Shown in pieces: positions 40,275-53,198 of a stretch of 64,000 nucleotides of DNA (its first letter is position 1; each line of letters opens with the position of its first letter). Below the pieces are notes generated by a model. The model was not told where the DNA came from and did not search any database. It worked only from the letters and a program-made list of their open reading frames with translations. Position numbers and translations under genes: made by a program. Source of the DNA: Entomortierella parvispora E1425 (taxonomy: Eukaryota; Fungi; Mortierellomycota); NCBI GenBank assembly GCA_020891255.1, contig BQFW01000002.1, forward strand, positions 1,240,001-1,304,000, in the 5' to 3' direction.

Positions 40275-42200
40275 TCAAAAACATTCTTCGAGCATGGCCA
40301 AAAGATCTTGTTGATCTAAGCCGAAAGAAGAAGCCTCAGAAACAAGAGCTTTGAGGGCACGAAGGATCCGAATCATGTCTGAAGAGCGGCTCTCTGGGTT
40401 TTCAGAGTCTGAGGTGAGCGCACTTGTAAACTCGGATTCCGATACGCAGGGAGATGAACGCTGAGGTGGTGAGTCTAAGGGCGTGATACTCTCGAGAGTT
40501 GTAGTTGCGGCGGTAGCAGCAGTGGCTGTGGTGGCTGTTGTTGATTTTGAACATACTAGGCTCTCATGAGATTTGTCAAGGGTTGGAGACATTCCGATGC
40601 CGTCCTTGATAACGTTCGGTACCGACGATGAACAGGAGGCAGGGTCGTCGTCCATGATTGTCGGTGGACTGAGCAAAGGCTCACTTTGTTGACATGAAAA
40701 AGAACCCTCCTCTTGCTGAGCCTCAGTCGCAATCGGTGCGTTTTCCTGATGGTAGCAGTCGTTCATTTCGTGATAGCCTTCGGATTGTTGATACTTAAGC
40801 ACTAGCTCCTGTTTTTGAGATGTGGACGTTGATAACGATTGTGTTCCCAAGGAGACCGATCGAGAGCAGGCGGAGACAACGTTGTTGGACCAGTTTCCTT
40901 TTCTCGGTCGAAATTCCCCCACAGTGCGCCTGAGAGTGGTTTGATATATATCGTTATCATCTTCATCGTCATCGCCATCTAGATAGTAACAGTCTCGAGA
41001 GTTATCTTGCCCCACAGTTGTCGCCACCCCTGCCAGTTGCTCCAGAAGCATGGTTAGTGTCGTCGGGTCCACAGGGCAGGTCAGGCCGTCATCCAGCGGG
41101 TTGGGCACGACGCAGTTCCTATCGATTGTATTGTTGGCATGCTCTGCGCGATTGTCAATGCTTGTCGCCACCAGAATCCTCCGTGTCTCTATCGACCCGA
41201 AAGACGACGGTGACTTTGAGCTATAGGTTTCGTAGGCACTGTCCATGAGATCTCCATCGCCCTCTTCTGAATGTTGCTCCGAGTCCTTTAGGGTAGAGGG
41301 TTGTTGCTGTTCCTCTTGGTATTCGGTGTATTTGCGCCAGTACTCTTCTTCCTCTGCATCCACTTCTTGTTCGACTGTTAAGGAAGAAGTTGTCGCTCCG
41401 AATCCTAAGGCAGCCGAAGACGGTTCTATTGCAGATGGAGAGGCTGCTTCTGGTTTACCGTACTGTTGCCAGTAGTCATCGTCATCATCGTCCTCGTCGT
41501 CGTCGTTCTCATAGATCTGCTCAGGTCTCCTTCCATAAATCAGCGAGGGCCTAGGAGGATGAGTCTGAAGGGGAGAGAGGCGAGGTGATGAGGACGTAGC
41601 TGTTGTCGTCTCTGGTATGAGCTTCCATCCTTCAGCGACCAAGCGATGCTCCTGAGAAAGAGCCAACCCGTGGTACTTCCAGTCTGCGTCCTGGTTGTCA
41701 AGGGTGTCTTCGGTCACCAATGCTACCGACAGATATTCCTGAGGCGTGAATCGGCCAAGAGGGACGAGTACATGATGCAAGTGTGCTTCGATCACTCTGT
41801 GATAAACTGGAAGGGTTGTTTCGCTCAAAGAATCAGACAATCCAGATGTGCATTGGTGCAAAAACTGGTGAATCTGCTCAACGGTTGGAGAGGACGTCTC
41901 TTGCAGGTCGCGGTGCCGACTCTGTTGTGGATCCCAAAGACCCAGGAGTTCCTTCAGATTTGCTCCGTCAGCGGATCGCAAGAAATGGACCCGTTGCTTG
42001 AGCGGTTCGGAGGCCCACGAGAGCAAGTCATAGTAGTTTTGGCACAACTGGGCATCGAGAATAGCCCGAGACTGCGGACGTTCACGTGTAGAAGGGTGAA
42101 GTCAGACAACGCATGAACAAAGGAAACATCCATTGAGGAAAGTACGGTCAGTCCTAGTCAGTCCTACCTTGACCCTGGCATTCTCTATGGCGGGGTTCAT
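40275..42200 (-). CDS. Hypothetical acidic protein (609 aa)
   Basis: Exon 42200-42168 (MNPAIENARVK, gtagga donor) is spliced to 42071-40275 in frame. No family recognised. Confidence 0.75.
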
Positions 42201-43128
42201 AGGTCGAGGTTTGCAATGAGACGGAAAGGGTGACGGTGCAATGTGCAATGGGCAATGTGAATGAGAAAAGCAAAAGAGAAGGAAGGACAAAAGAGTTGCC
42301 TCGAGTTTGAATTTGGCCTGGAGGTCGAGACTTTATTAGTTGTGTGCACAATCGAATGGGTCGAGCTACGATTCGCTACAAGCGTGTGGGGAAAGAGAAG
42401 GGGGGAAGGAGGGCAGGCCAGAAATGGGAGCGCGTGCCTGTGCCGTGCCAGGGAAGTACAAACGTGAAGGGGGGAAGAAACAAGGTGCGCGTGCGAACGA
42501 ATGAACTGAACGAACAAAAAGAAACGAACGCACAAAACAGACGAGAGCACAGGCGCGTGCAGCGGAGTGATGAGAAAGAGAAGGGCAGGAAAATAACAAA
42601 AACAGCAGTCGACTGACGCGTTGGTTCCCAGCTCCTGGATGAGAGTCCGCTTCCCCCCCAGTATCAGCCTTGTCCCGTCATGTCTGGCTCTGTCACACAC
42701 CTTGGGTAAAGTGCCCGCCAGGATTTATTTTTAAGGCTGCAATGACAATCGCCCAGGAGGAGGAGCGGGCGAGCGAGAGAGCCCTTTGTTGTTCGAGCAT
42801 GTGGTGGCAGAGGATAAAACATCGAAGAGAGTGAGAGAGAGAGTAAGAGAGAGAAGAGAGCCACACGCCCAGCAAGTAAAGAAGCATAACAGCAATTTAT
42901 TTTTCATCTCGTTCGTATTGGACGGACGTGTGCTGTGTGTTCTTCTGTCTGGTGTGCGTGCGTGTGATATGACCGGTGAACATTCTACTTTTGCAGATTA
43001 GACCTTTCTCGTCCTTTTGCTCTCCTTTCCATCATCTTCATCTTTCTTTCTCATCCTCTCCATCAACCACTCCATCCATTCCATCCTCCTAACTGCCTTC
43101 ATCCACTCACCGCAAAAACACATCCGAC

Positions 43129-44506
43129 ATGTCCATCGAACTCGAACCTTCCAGCCAATTGGCCTTCCGCCGTAAGCATGACACATCCACATTGATGTGA
43201 AAATCTCTTCAATTTACCTCGGTTCAATCTTACTAAACAGCCCCATACCCAATTCCCTTTTTTTTATACCATGTCTCTCTAGGGCCTTTGACTGAGCCTA
43301 TCAAGGAGACTCTCCTTATCCGTAATCGTTCTGACCTGCCTATTGCCTTCAAGGTGAAGACGACAGCACCCAAGCAGTACTGCGTTCGCCCCAACGCTGG
43401 CCGCATCGAGCCAGGCGCTGAGCTTGAGGTCCAAGGTAAAGCAGCAGGATGGGATGGCAGGGAAGGATAGATGGACAGGATGGACCTACTCTGTGCTCTC
43501 TACATGGCACCCACCGTTCGATTAATGACGACAGGGATGGCCAAATGAATGAACCAACAGGGAGGCACTGTATCCTTTCGCGATGGTAAAGGCACAAGTT
43601 ACTCAACCCCTATTTTTTTTTCGTTTGCTTTTGTTGTTCTCCTATGGCTCTACTTCAACAGTTCAGATGCAGGCCATGAGAGAGGAGCCTCCAGTGGATT
43701 TCAAATGCAAGGACAAGTTCTTGGTTCAGAGCGTGGCCATCACCCCTGAGCGCGAGCATCTGTCAGCACAGGACTTGGTAAATGACTGAGGCACTGTGGG
43801 GCACCGATCTCTCCCTCTTTCTTTATTTTATTCGGAGCGCGACTTTGACATCCTCGAGGACACCCACACTGACTTGTTTTTTATTAATAATCTGACTCGG
43901 TATCATAGTGGCCTACTGTCGAGAGAGAACCCAAGGATCAGATTAAGGAAAAGAAGATTCGTTGCGTGTTCTTGCCCCCAGTGGGACATGCTATTCACCA
44001 GATCAAGGAAGAGGAGGTCGAATCGGCTTCCCAGCACTCGTCGGCCTCCCAAAGCACCCATAACACATACAATGCCAACACGGTTCCTGCCCCTGCCTCC
44101 CCTGTTCAGCCTGTTTCATCATCAGCACCAGCAGTTGCCGCCGTCGCAGGAGCAGGAGTGGATGTGGATGTCATGAAGCGTGAGTTGGAGACCGCACAGG
44201 AGAAGATTCAGACACTCCAGAGCACGCTCCAAAAACTCGAGTCGGAGGCCAGCACTGTATGTCATACAAGGACTTTTCCTTGACAGGTCTTTTTGGGCTG
44301 TTTTATGTATTTGTCACGGCTGAAGTACTCACCTCGTTATTCTTTTACCGCTCTCTTAGCTTCGTCAGCGCAGACCAGATGCCAGCTCATCAGCACCCAC
44401 AATGACCGCAGTGCACTTGAAGCAACAGCAGCCGGAAGGATACCCCATCACCTACATTGCAGCAGCCGCCTTGATCTCCTTCCTCTTTGCTTACCTCTTT
44501 TTCTAA
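43129..44506 (+). CDS. SCS2: VAMP-associated protein (VAP/Scs2): MSP domain, coiled coil, C-terminal TM
   Basis: Exons 43129-43171, 43283-43435, 43662-43777, 43909-44256 and 44360-44506. Contains the VAP signature FKVKTTAPKQYCVRPNAG, CKDKFLVQS and a tail anchor IAAAALISFLFAYLFF. Confidence 0.95.
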
Positions 44507-44944
44507 AAGACAGTACCCTCAGTCGAGTGCGTGTATTATTTCTTTTTTTGTTTCCGTCTTCCTCGTTTATGTCCGCAGACGTTTGAGAGGCGAAAAAGAA
44601 GAAGGAGAAAATAGTTGACAATGACACCACTTCTGCCTTGACCTGGTTTTTATTCTCTTTTGGTCTCTGAGCGGCCGACAGCAGACAGTGTAATGCAGAT
44701 ATGCTTTTTGTCTCTTTTTTTCTTCTCTCTTTTCTTTTACTCAATTCTCTTGCGACCTTTTTATATCATTTTCAATGCCCTCTCATGACCCAAACTGCCT
44801 CACAGTGTCTTTATAGCCTCTTGGAGACACATAATAGAACGACCCTTTCAATATTTTGATATGAAATTAATATGTTTGTGTGGGAGAGGGGTATATCAAA
44901 AGTTTTTAATGGTTTTGTTCGCGTCAAGTTCTATGGAGAGTGAA

Positions 44945-46973
44945 TTAGCAAGGTCGAGAAACCCAGCCATTGCGGACGCCGTCGGTCGATCCATCCTTGA
45001 CCCTCAAGCCGATCGTCCGAGCCATGATATCGTGTAATTCTACATTTTCAAACGCCTGCAGTGGTTCAGGTCCCTGATGAGGAAATGCGGGTCCTTGGGC
45101 TGCAAAAACAGCACGCATGTCTTGCATCTGATTATCCCATCCATGAACACCCACGACTGAAAGTCCCATATCACGCCGGGTCATCACGTAGCCTGGGTCT
45201 GCTATCACAACCAACGGAGCGATCCGAGGGTTGTCAGCGTAATGAAATCGGGCAGGCACATCTTCACGCCAATAAACTTGAAAGGGCAGCTTCTTCTTGG
45301 CCTGCACCTGCTTCAAGGTCTTGTACAGGGACACAAGTCGTTTCGTGTTCAGAGTACGAATGCCTAGATGAGGCTGTAATGATTCCTCCAGCAACAAGTC
45401 CGAAGTGTCGATGTAGTCGTCGTAGTAGATGGATTTTTCAGGTGTCACATAGGACATGCCGTGGTCACTGACCACCATCAAGTTGACTACCTGGTCCAAG
45501 TTTCGAGCTTTCAGGCCCTCAAGTAGTGCTCCCAGAGCATTGTCGACCTCACTTAGAGCCTTTTGACCTACAGACAAAAATGGAAAAGAACCTTGTCGTC
45601 AATAAAAGGAACATGCTGGTGAAATAGCACATGTTGAAGAAGTGTTTTGAAAACGTTCTTACATCGTCTACCGTCTGGTCCAAAGTTGTGGCCTTCCGTG
45701 TCGACTTCTGAGATGTAAACGTTCATCAGCGTTGGGCGTTCTTCCCGAGGTTTGTCCAACCATTCCAGTAAAGTTCCCATTTTCTCGGCCGCTGCAACGT
45801 TAGATCGATATCGGACATGATAGGTAGGGCGAACCGGGCGTAGAGACTCTCCACCTGGCCACATGATAACGCCAGACCTTTGTTTTTGTCGGACAGCTGC
45901 CTCCCAGATCTAACTCGGTAAAAAGTTGAAATAAGTCAATCAGGCCAAGCTTGTCGTGATATGTACACAAATATCCAAGTAGCACGTACAGGTTCACCAC
46001 CCCACCACTTGGGGTCCCAGCTCTTGTCCGGTATCCGATAATTAAAGTCGTCTTTGAGTTCTGGGTCGTAAAACATATTGGCAACAATACCGTGGTTGGA
46101 AGGGTAGAGTCCAGTGACCATCGAGTAGTGGTTCGGGAATGTAAGTGTTGGGAAGGACGATTGCATGTACTCTGCTGCAATACCATTAGCGCCTACAATA
46201 TAACAAGAGTCGATCTTGTTAATTGCGACCAAAAAAAGGCTCATAATAATAACCTTCGTTGTTCATGCAAGGTCATCAGAAAAAACATATAACCTTACCA
46301 ACACTATTGATATTGGGAGTCAGTCCTCTTGTCAGATATTCCGCTCGCATTCCATCGAAAGAGACCACGATTAGAGTGGGATCAAAGGAGTGGGTGCCGT
46401 TGGAGAGGATCTTGGGCGGTAGGGGCAGGGCGTGTGTTATCCTTGGATCGCAGACAATGCTCTTGGCCCGTGCCTGCCTTGAGTCTGTCCTGCCTGACTG
46501 AAATCGGTGACCCAGATGTGAGACCGGAGCCGATCCCAGGTACCAGACCATACAGAGACAGGTGAATCCGCTCATGAGTGTCAACGCAAGCCGCAGTGTC
46601 CTTGGCTGTCTTCTCCATTGGCGCCTTAGCTTTGGTGCAGACCACGCCTGTGTATGTTGAAAAGGTCAACGGTAAGTTCACTGGTCCAATTTAGGAAGCA
46701 AACAAACATGCACAGACTCTGTCCCAAATATATTACCTGGCGACTTTTGCCAACAAACAGACCGTCCTTGAGGTCTATCGTTGCAGGCATATTGACAAAG
46801 GATGAACGGGACTTTGGTTGGTTGTCGAACCCTGACCGGAGTCGCCCATGGTCTGAGGCAGTGGTGGGATGTGACAGTTGGGTCCAGATGGCAGATCCAG
46901 GACGAAGGGATCTCGGTCGGGGAGGAGAGGGGGTAGAAGAGTGCTCGTCGAATGAGCGACGGGGAGACTGCAT
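44945..46973 (-). CDS. NPP1: Nucleotide pyrophosphatase/phosphodiesterase (NPP1-like), type II membrane protein
   Basis: Spliced ORF with VSFDGMR, FPTLTFPNHYSMVTGLYPSNHGIVAN, WWGGEPIW, MWPG, DTEGH, SDHGM and HGWDN. An N-terminal TM helix follows the cytosolic leader. Confidence 0.93.
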
Positions 46974-47088
46974 GGAGGCAGACAGAGACAATGAGACAAT
47001 GAGACAATGAATAGGGATGGTGGCAACGAAGAGAATGAGAGAGTAAGAGAGCAGAGGAGCCAGACTCGTCCAAAGAGCAGACGAGAGG

Positions 47089-47385
47089 AGAAGGAAGCAG
47101 AAAGGGAAGGCAAGGGAAGGGAAGGGAAGGGGAGGAAAGGGGAGGAAAGGGGAGGAAAGGGGAGGACAAAGGCACACAGCAAAGAGCCATTGTTGGTCTT
47201 TGTCCACAGGGACACCTTTTTTCGCAGATAAAGTGAAACCTCGGATAAACACACGTGACGATAATTATCAATTATGCGAGACATTCAGCTAGTCCAAGTC
47301 AGTCAGTCAGTCAGTCAGTCGATCAACATCAACGATCCTTCCCTTCCTGTCCTTCCCTTCCCTTCCTGTCCTTCCTGTCCTGACT
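47089..47385. repeat. Polypurine/polypyrimidine short tandem repeats in a bidirectional promoter
   Basis: (GGGAA)n and (GGGGAGGAAA)x3 at about 47100-47165, (AGTC)n at about 47298-47320, and (CCTTCCTGT)-type repeats at about 47338-47380, between the divergent starts 46973 and 47460. Confidence 0.8.
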
Positions 47386-47459
47386 GACTCTCTCTCCTCC
47401 CATCTCTCTTCCTTCTTCCTCTCTTCTTTTCACTACCTTCCACTCCACCACTTGTGGCC

Positions 47460-50400
47460 ATGGAAACCGGCTACTTCAATTCCAGGCCACCGCGCCCTGA
47501 TCCGCCTCAACGGCCCAGCTCTACTCCAACCACACCTGCTCCTGTCACCTCGCCACTCCACACAGAGGCCACACCTATACCCATCGTTGCATCTACGACG
47601 CCTCTTCCCCAGTCGGAGCATCCACTCTCCTTTGCATCATCTTCACCCTCCTACCCTGTTTCATCCTACTCAGCCTCCCCCCCACACCCTTCCTCCGTAG
47701 GCTCCGATATCTTATTTCAGCCATCACTCTCTCCTGCCCCGCTCACTGTACCGTTACTCCCAATCCCAGAACAAGCCTTGCATCCAACAGAAATACCAGA
47801 AACTGAAGATGCCCTTTCCTTTTCCTCAAATGCTCCTTCATCGTCGATGCCAATCTCAGACCCCATCCCTGCATCCAGAGAAGGGCCACAGACAGTGAGC
47901 TTTGCTCCTGATCCTCCCCATCCAGGCCCTTCTTTGCCAGCGCAGCCTCCGCTCGTTGCCATCAATACAAATGCCTCCGAACTCGCACTCAAAAATGCAG
48001 TCGCCGGAGGTTTAATGAGTTCGTCCACTTCAGTGCCTCCGGCTACTCATGTCTACAAGATGCTCAACTCTGCTCCCTCATCCTCAATTTCTTCACCTTT
48101 GCGTACACATAACAACAACATCAGCAACAGTGGTGGCAGTGGAGGTCATCATGGACCTCCCAGGCGGTCTTCAATGAAGCGATCTAGTATCAGCACTGCT
48201 TCGGGACGTTCAGGTCATTCGTCCACGGCTAAAGGCGTGTCAGCTCTTTCTGCGATAGTTGCCGCAGAGAAGGCTCATAACACTGCCATTGTGGCGGCCG
48301 CTACCAGCAGCCATAAACCAAAGAGACCTGATATGCGGTCCTATCATTATTCACAATATTCATTCGGCAACTTGGGGATGATTTATCCGCCCTCACGCTC
48401 CGTATCCTATGCGGGGTCTTCGACCACAGGCCGGTCCTTGAGCGACTTGGCAGCGCAATCAGTAGCCAGTACTGGTGGCGATGGTGCAGTCCAGAATAGA
48501 GGGGAATCTCACCATGAATCTCAACAGTCTCAACAACCTCAGCAGCAACAAAGTCCACAGCAGCAGGATCTGCCCGGGCTGCGCAAGAGTTTGAGTGTCG
48601 GCAAGACCGGGAAACGAGGGTTTGCCACTCGACTCCGGAAACTTCGTCAGCGGAGAGGATCAGCCTCTCACGGGGTCACAAGTGGTGAAAGTGATGCAGA
48701 AAGTCCTTCCATCGGTAAGGGTTCTTTTTATTCCTTTTTTTTTTGTCTTTCGCAGGACAGGACAATATGCACATATGAACAAACAGAGAGAGAAAGTCTG
48801 ACAGAGGGTCTGTTGGACAAGGGGAGGAAAGCTATCATGACAGATATCGAAATGAGCCTCACTCTGACGCGTTGTTTTGATTCTGTGACCCGAGAGTAGG
48901 TTACACACAAAAGTCTTCATCCTTTGGCAAGCCCAGTCGGACAGGACAAGTGGATCCGAGCTTGCCACCGCCCCCACCAATGCGTGTCAACTCTGGACCA
49001 AGTAAGGACACATCAGTGGTGTCACCTACCTATGCAATACCCTATGGATTCGGAAATATGGGCGTGGCCCCTCTCACGATTGTCACAAAGTCAGTACCGA
49101 AGAATAACTCAGCGCCGCCGTCATCCGAGGGAGGGCTGGTCCTTCCACCTGCAACAGGATCGAGTGATCTGAAAGAATCCTCTTCAACCGCACGATTTAA
49201 GCAGATGATCAAGAGGAATGTCGGTCTTTCGTCTGCAGCACCATCTCCCACTGCTTCTACAACCACGCTGACTCCTGGAGGCTATTTGGGATCACCCTCT
49301 CCGACGATCAGGCCATCGACTTCTTGGAATGGCTCAAACGACTTTTTGCCTCTGGACGACCAATATTTCCCTCCTATAAACAGTCGAGTATCGAGACTCG
49401 CCGGAACAGGAAGGAGAGCGCGGCTGGCCCGAAAACTAATTCCTGGATACGGACTACCTTCAGATGGCGAGGACAATGATAGCACAGTCGGACCGCTGTT
49501 GACCATGCGGGTGCACCAACATCGACATCAATCGTTTCTACCACATTTGCATACCCACCGTCGAAAAAGTCGGGATCATGACCAAAGCGGCGGTGAAATT
49601 GGGGGTCAGCTTCCACAGCCGCCGGTGATAACAGTGCCTTCGTCACCAAGAGAATCCGGAGAGCGGGATTACATTGCCCCGGGTGTCTCCAAGGCCCTCA
49701 AAGAGGCGCGTCAAGCAAACCAAGAGGCCAACGTGCTGCTGGCAGAAGTGAGACCTTTACCGCAAAGTTTCGTTGAGGCATATACGGCCATGCAGGCCCC
49801 TTCCAAGAAGAAGACGCCTGTGACACGACAAGTCAGCACACAACGCTCTGCCACCCCGCTTCCGTCACAGCAGCAACAGCTACAGCAGCAGCAATTTCTT
49901 CAACAGCAGCAAAAAGCAGGTGTGTCTCTCAATGCAGCTGCCTCTTTAGGACAAGGAGGCAATATCTCGATTCTGCCGATCATGACTACACCGTTGCTCC
50001 GGACTCAACGGATAGTAACAACCACCAACATGGCATCGGGAACAGCCTCTGCGCGAAACACACCACCGCCACCACCGCCTCCACGAATCATTGATCCACT
50101 TGGGACAAAATCGTTTCTTTTCAAATCTTATCAGAATTCAAGATTCCAGGGACATTACATCTTTCGGGTCTTGGGAGACAAGGTTCAGTACTGCAAATTG
50201 CCCGTGGGAGTGGAGCAGGCCTGCTGTCAATATTTTCGAGAAGCCGATGTCACATATCGGTCGATTGAATTCAAATCCAAAGAGTGGCGAGAACAGAAAC
50301 GGATAGCTATGGAGAAACGGGAAAAAGAGTTCCGGGAGGCTCAAGCATCGAGACTTTGGATCACCCCTCTGGATATCCGGCCAAGACCTCGACTTTCTCA

Positions 50401-51830
50401 AACGTCGCACTCTGATCCGCTACAACAGCAGGCTAAAACCCGACTAAGAGAGGATGGTGGTGCCCTAGATGTGAAAGGATCAGGGCTGCTGACCAAAAGC
50501 GCAGATATGATGGGCGGCGACGACGAGATAACCCTTGAAAACACCCTTCACAACGCATCTGTCGATGTCGCCACACTATCCAGTCAGGAAGATGAGAAGG
50601 ACGATTCATCGTTTCCATTGCGTGGCTACGGATATGAGCGCTCCAATAGTGATCCTACAGGTATTCTGAGTGACGAACTTCGACGTGACCTGGAGGCAGC
50701 TTCTGGAGTGGCCATTTCTTCAGCCACTTCTATCCACGGAGATGATGACGATCCGGCCTTGGCCTTTGAGCAATCTTCGAATCAACCACGACTTTCGTTT
50801 TCGTCTCTGACGTCTAAAACTGCAGATGAGAGTGCATTGATCTTGTTTCAGCATGAAGAGGAACGCTGGGCGCGCTTCAAGGAACAGCAGCAACTGGAGC
50901 AGATTCAAAGATCTTTTGATCATGCTTATTGGCTCGAAATTGAGCAACAGAATTGTAAGGCGGCAAAAGAGGCGTACTATGGACTTGAGCTCTACCTGCA
51001 CGAACTTCTCAGGATTGCCCAAGTAGAATACGAAACCTTTGATCTCTTGACAGAGGTCAGCATTCGGAACGAAAACAGTAAGTGCTTTCACACCCAGCAA
51101 GTCAGGCATCTTTGTGGTCATTGCCAAAAGAGAGACCCTACATCTAGATTTTGAGACTGTGACTAACCGACGGACCCTTTCGCTCACTTTCTGGACTTTA
51201 GAGGATTCATCACTGCTGACTGTTGTCAATGGCGACAAGACAAATGTTATGTCATTGGAGTCCCCTTCTTTGAGACAGAAGTATGAATTCCTGAACTGGG
51301 TGTCTATTTGTCTTATGGACCATGGAGGTAAGCACAAAGGAGCAAATCTATATCTCTCAACTCTGCCACCGTTCAGGTTCGAGTACTTATATCGGCTTAT
51401 ATGTCACACCACTATAGAAATATTTGAACCTGACCCAACACAGACAGTGTCGATCAAAAAGCAACGCGATCGCTTGGATGGTCACCCAAATTCGGCGTCC
51501 GAGAAGCCCAACTATGATCGTGGCATTGTTGTTAAAAAGGGAGAATTCGGCGCTCAGGGAAGTGGAGATAGCAACCTGAACTTTCTACTGGGGGCGTCGC
51601 CTTTGGACAAGGGGACAGATGATAGCCTTTTGGACCTTTCGACTGTGAGGTTGGCGTTGATGCAGGCAGAGATTCAATCTAAACGAGAGCATGTCGCAGT
51701 GCAGATGAAGGGTATTGAGGACGCATTAGATCAACTGGAAAAACTGGATGACAGTGCAAGGGTAAGGGTCTATTTACATGTTTTCTTCAAGATAGAAGAC
51801 GAGAGATGGTGCTAATCGATATCTTTGACG

Positions 51831-51864
<34 letters not shown>

Positions 51865-52688
51865 ACAGAGACTTTTGGTGACGCTGCAACGGGCCATTGA
51901 AGGACAAGAAGTCCAGTCAGCGCTTCGTCCAGCGCCTTCAACGGGGTTGACTCTTGCTGAAACTGTGGAACAAAAAATCAAGGATGTCAACGATCGAATC
52001 ATTGTCTGTACCCGCATCATGTGTGCAGCACGACTTAATGTAAGGAAGTCCTATCCGGAAGAGAATGCCTGACATGCCCTTTTTGACATCTTTCATTTTC
52101 TAACCTTGACCCTTTCCCATCTTGGCAATCCAACAGCTTAACCGACTCAAATACGAGATTGAGCTCGAGCAACGATCCATGCGACTGTTTCGACAGTACA
52201 AAATTGCGATTGCCGTCATATCAGTCCTTCTTCTCGCCCTTGGTTATTTCCTTTACCATCAAAGGGTCGAACAAAGACTTCAAGAGAAACTCCTTTACAT
52301 TCAGCAACAGCATCAAATCCGACAACAGCAATTCCACAGTTTTCTCGGTACTGTGGATCCCAAGACTGGCAGGAAGGAAAGCATCTCTCCAAAGTCCCCT
52401 CTACAGGTGATCCTCCTGGGCGGACCAGATGCGGCTGATTTGCCGCCACCAGAGACCACCTCGCCCTTTTTCGATCACCCAGTTCAGAACCCGTTTGGCT
52501 TCCTAGAAAAGTTCCATGGTGGCTGCAAAGACTGCAAGAAGGACAAGAAGAAGCGAGCTGGAAACACGAAGGCCAAGAAACGCTGGCCCTTCTTTTCTTT
52601 GAAAGAGCCGGTAGATTTGGATAAGGCCCAGTGGGATGAGCTTGGGATGTGTCCTGCTCAGAAATCTAAACATGGTAATAAAGCCTAG
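47460..52688 (+). CDS. Large hypothetical protein (1541 aa) with disordered N-terminus, coiled coil and one C-proximal TM helix
   Basis: Exons 47460-48714, 48900-51077, 51202-51327, 51418-51761, 51869-52039 and 52137-52688 total 4626 nt. All junctions are GT-AG and phase-consistent. TM segment IAIAVISVLLLALGYFLY. Confidence 0.78.
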
Positions 52689-52765
52689 GTAGATTTCGTC
52701 CAGCAAAATCGATCCATTGAGTGGTCACTACACAAGATCATTGTTCATGGTGTCTTTCATCTACC

Positions 52766-52796
<31 letters not shown>

Positions 52797-53198
52797 GATC
52801 CACTCAGTTTTTGGTGTTATTACAGTGCTTTTTTAATATTTGAGGAGGAAATTTACAAATCTTCAATGGCATTGGGAAGCATGCCGATAAAGTGGGGGAG
52901 AGGAGGAAAGGAAGGAAGGTGGGTGGTAGTGGTAACGGATACTTGCAAAAAATATAACACAGAACAAATCTTCTAACTTACTAGTGACCAACAAGAATTG
53001 AGAAGGAAAGATAGAAAGAAATAAAAGAGAAAAAGAAATGGTACAGAGGGAATAATTAATGTGACAAAGAGAGAAAGAGATAGAGTGAAAACGACAAGGT
53101 AACCGGGGGGAAAGACTGGGGTGGCGAGTTGGTGAGAATTTGGGTAATGGGTCGATCAGTCGGTTGGTCGGTCGGTTGGTGAGGAGACGCATTCTTCT

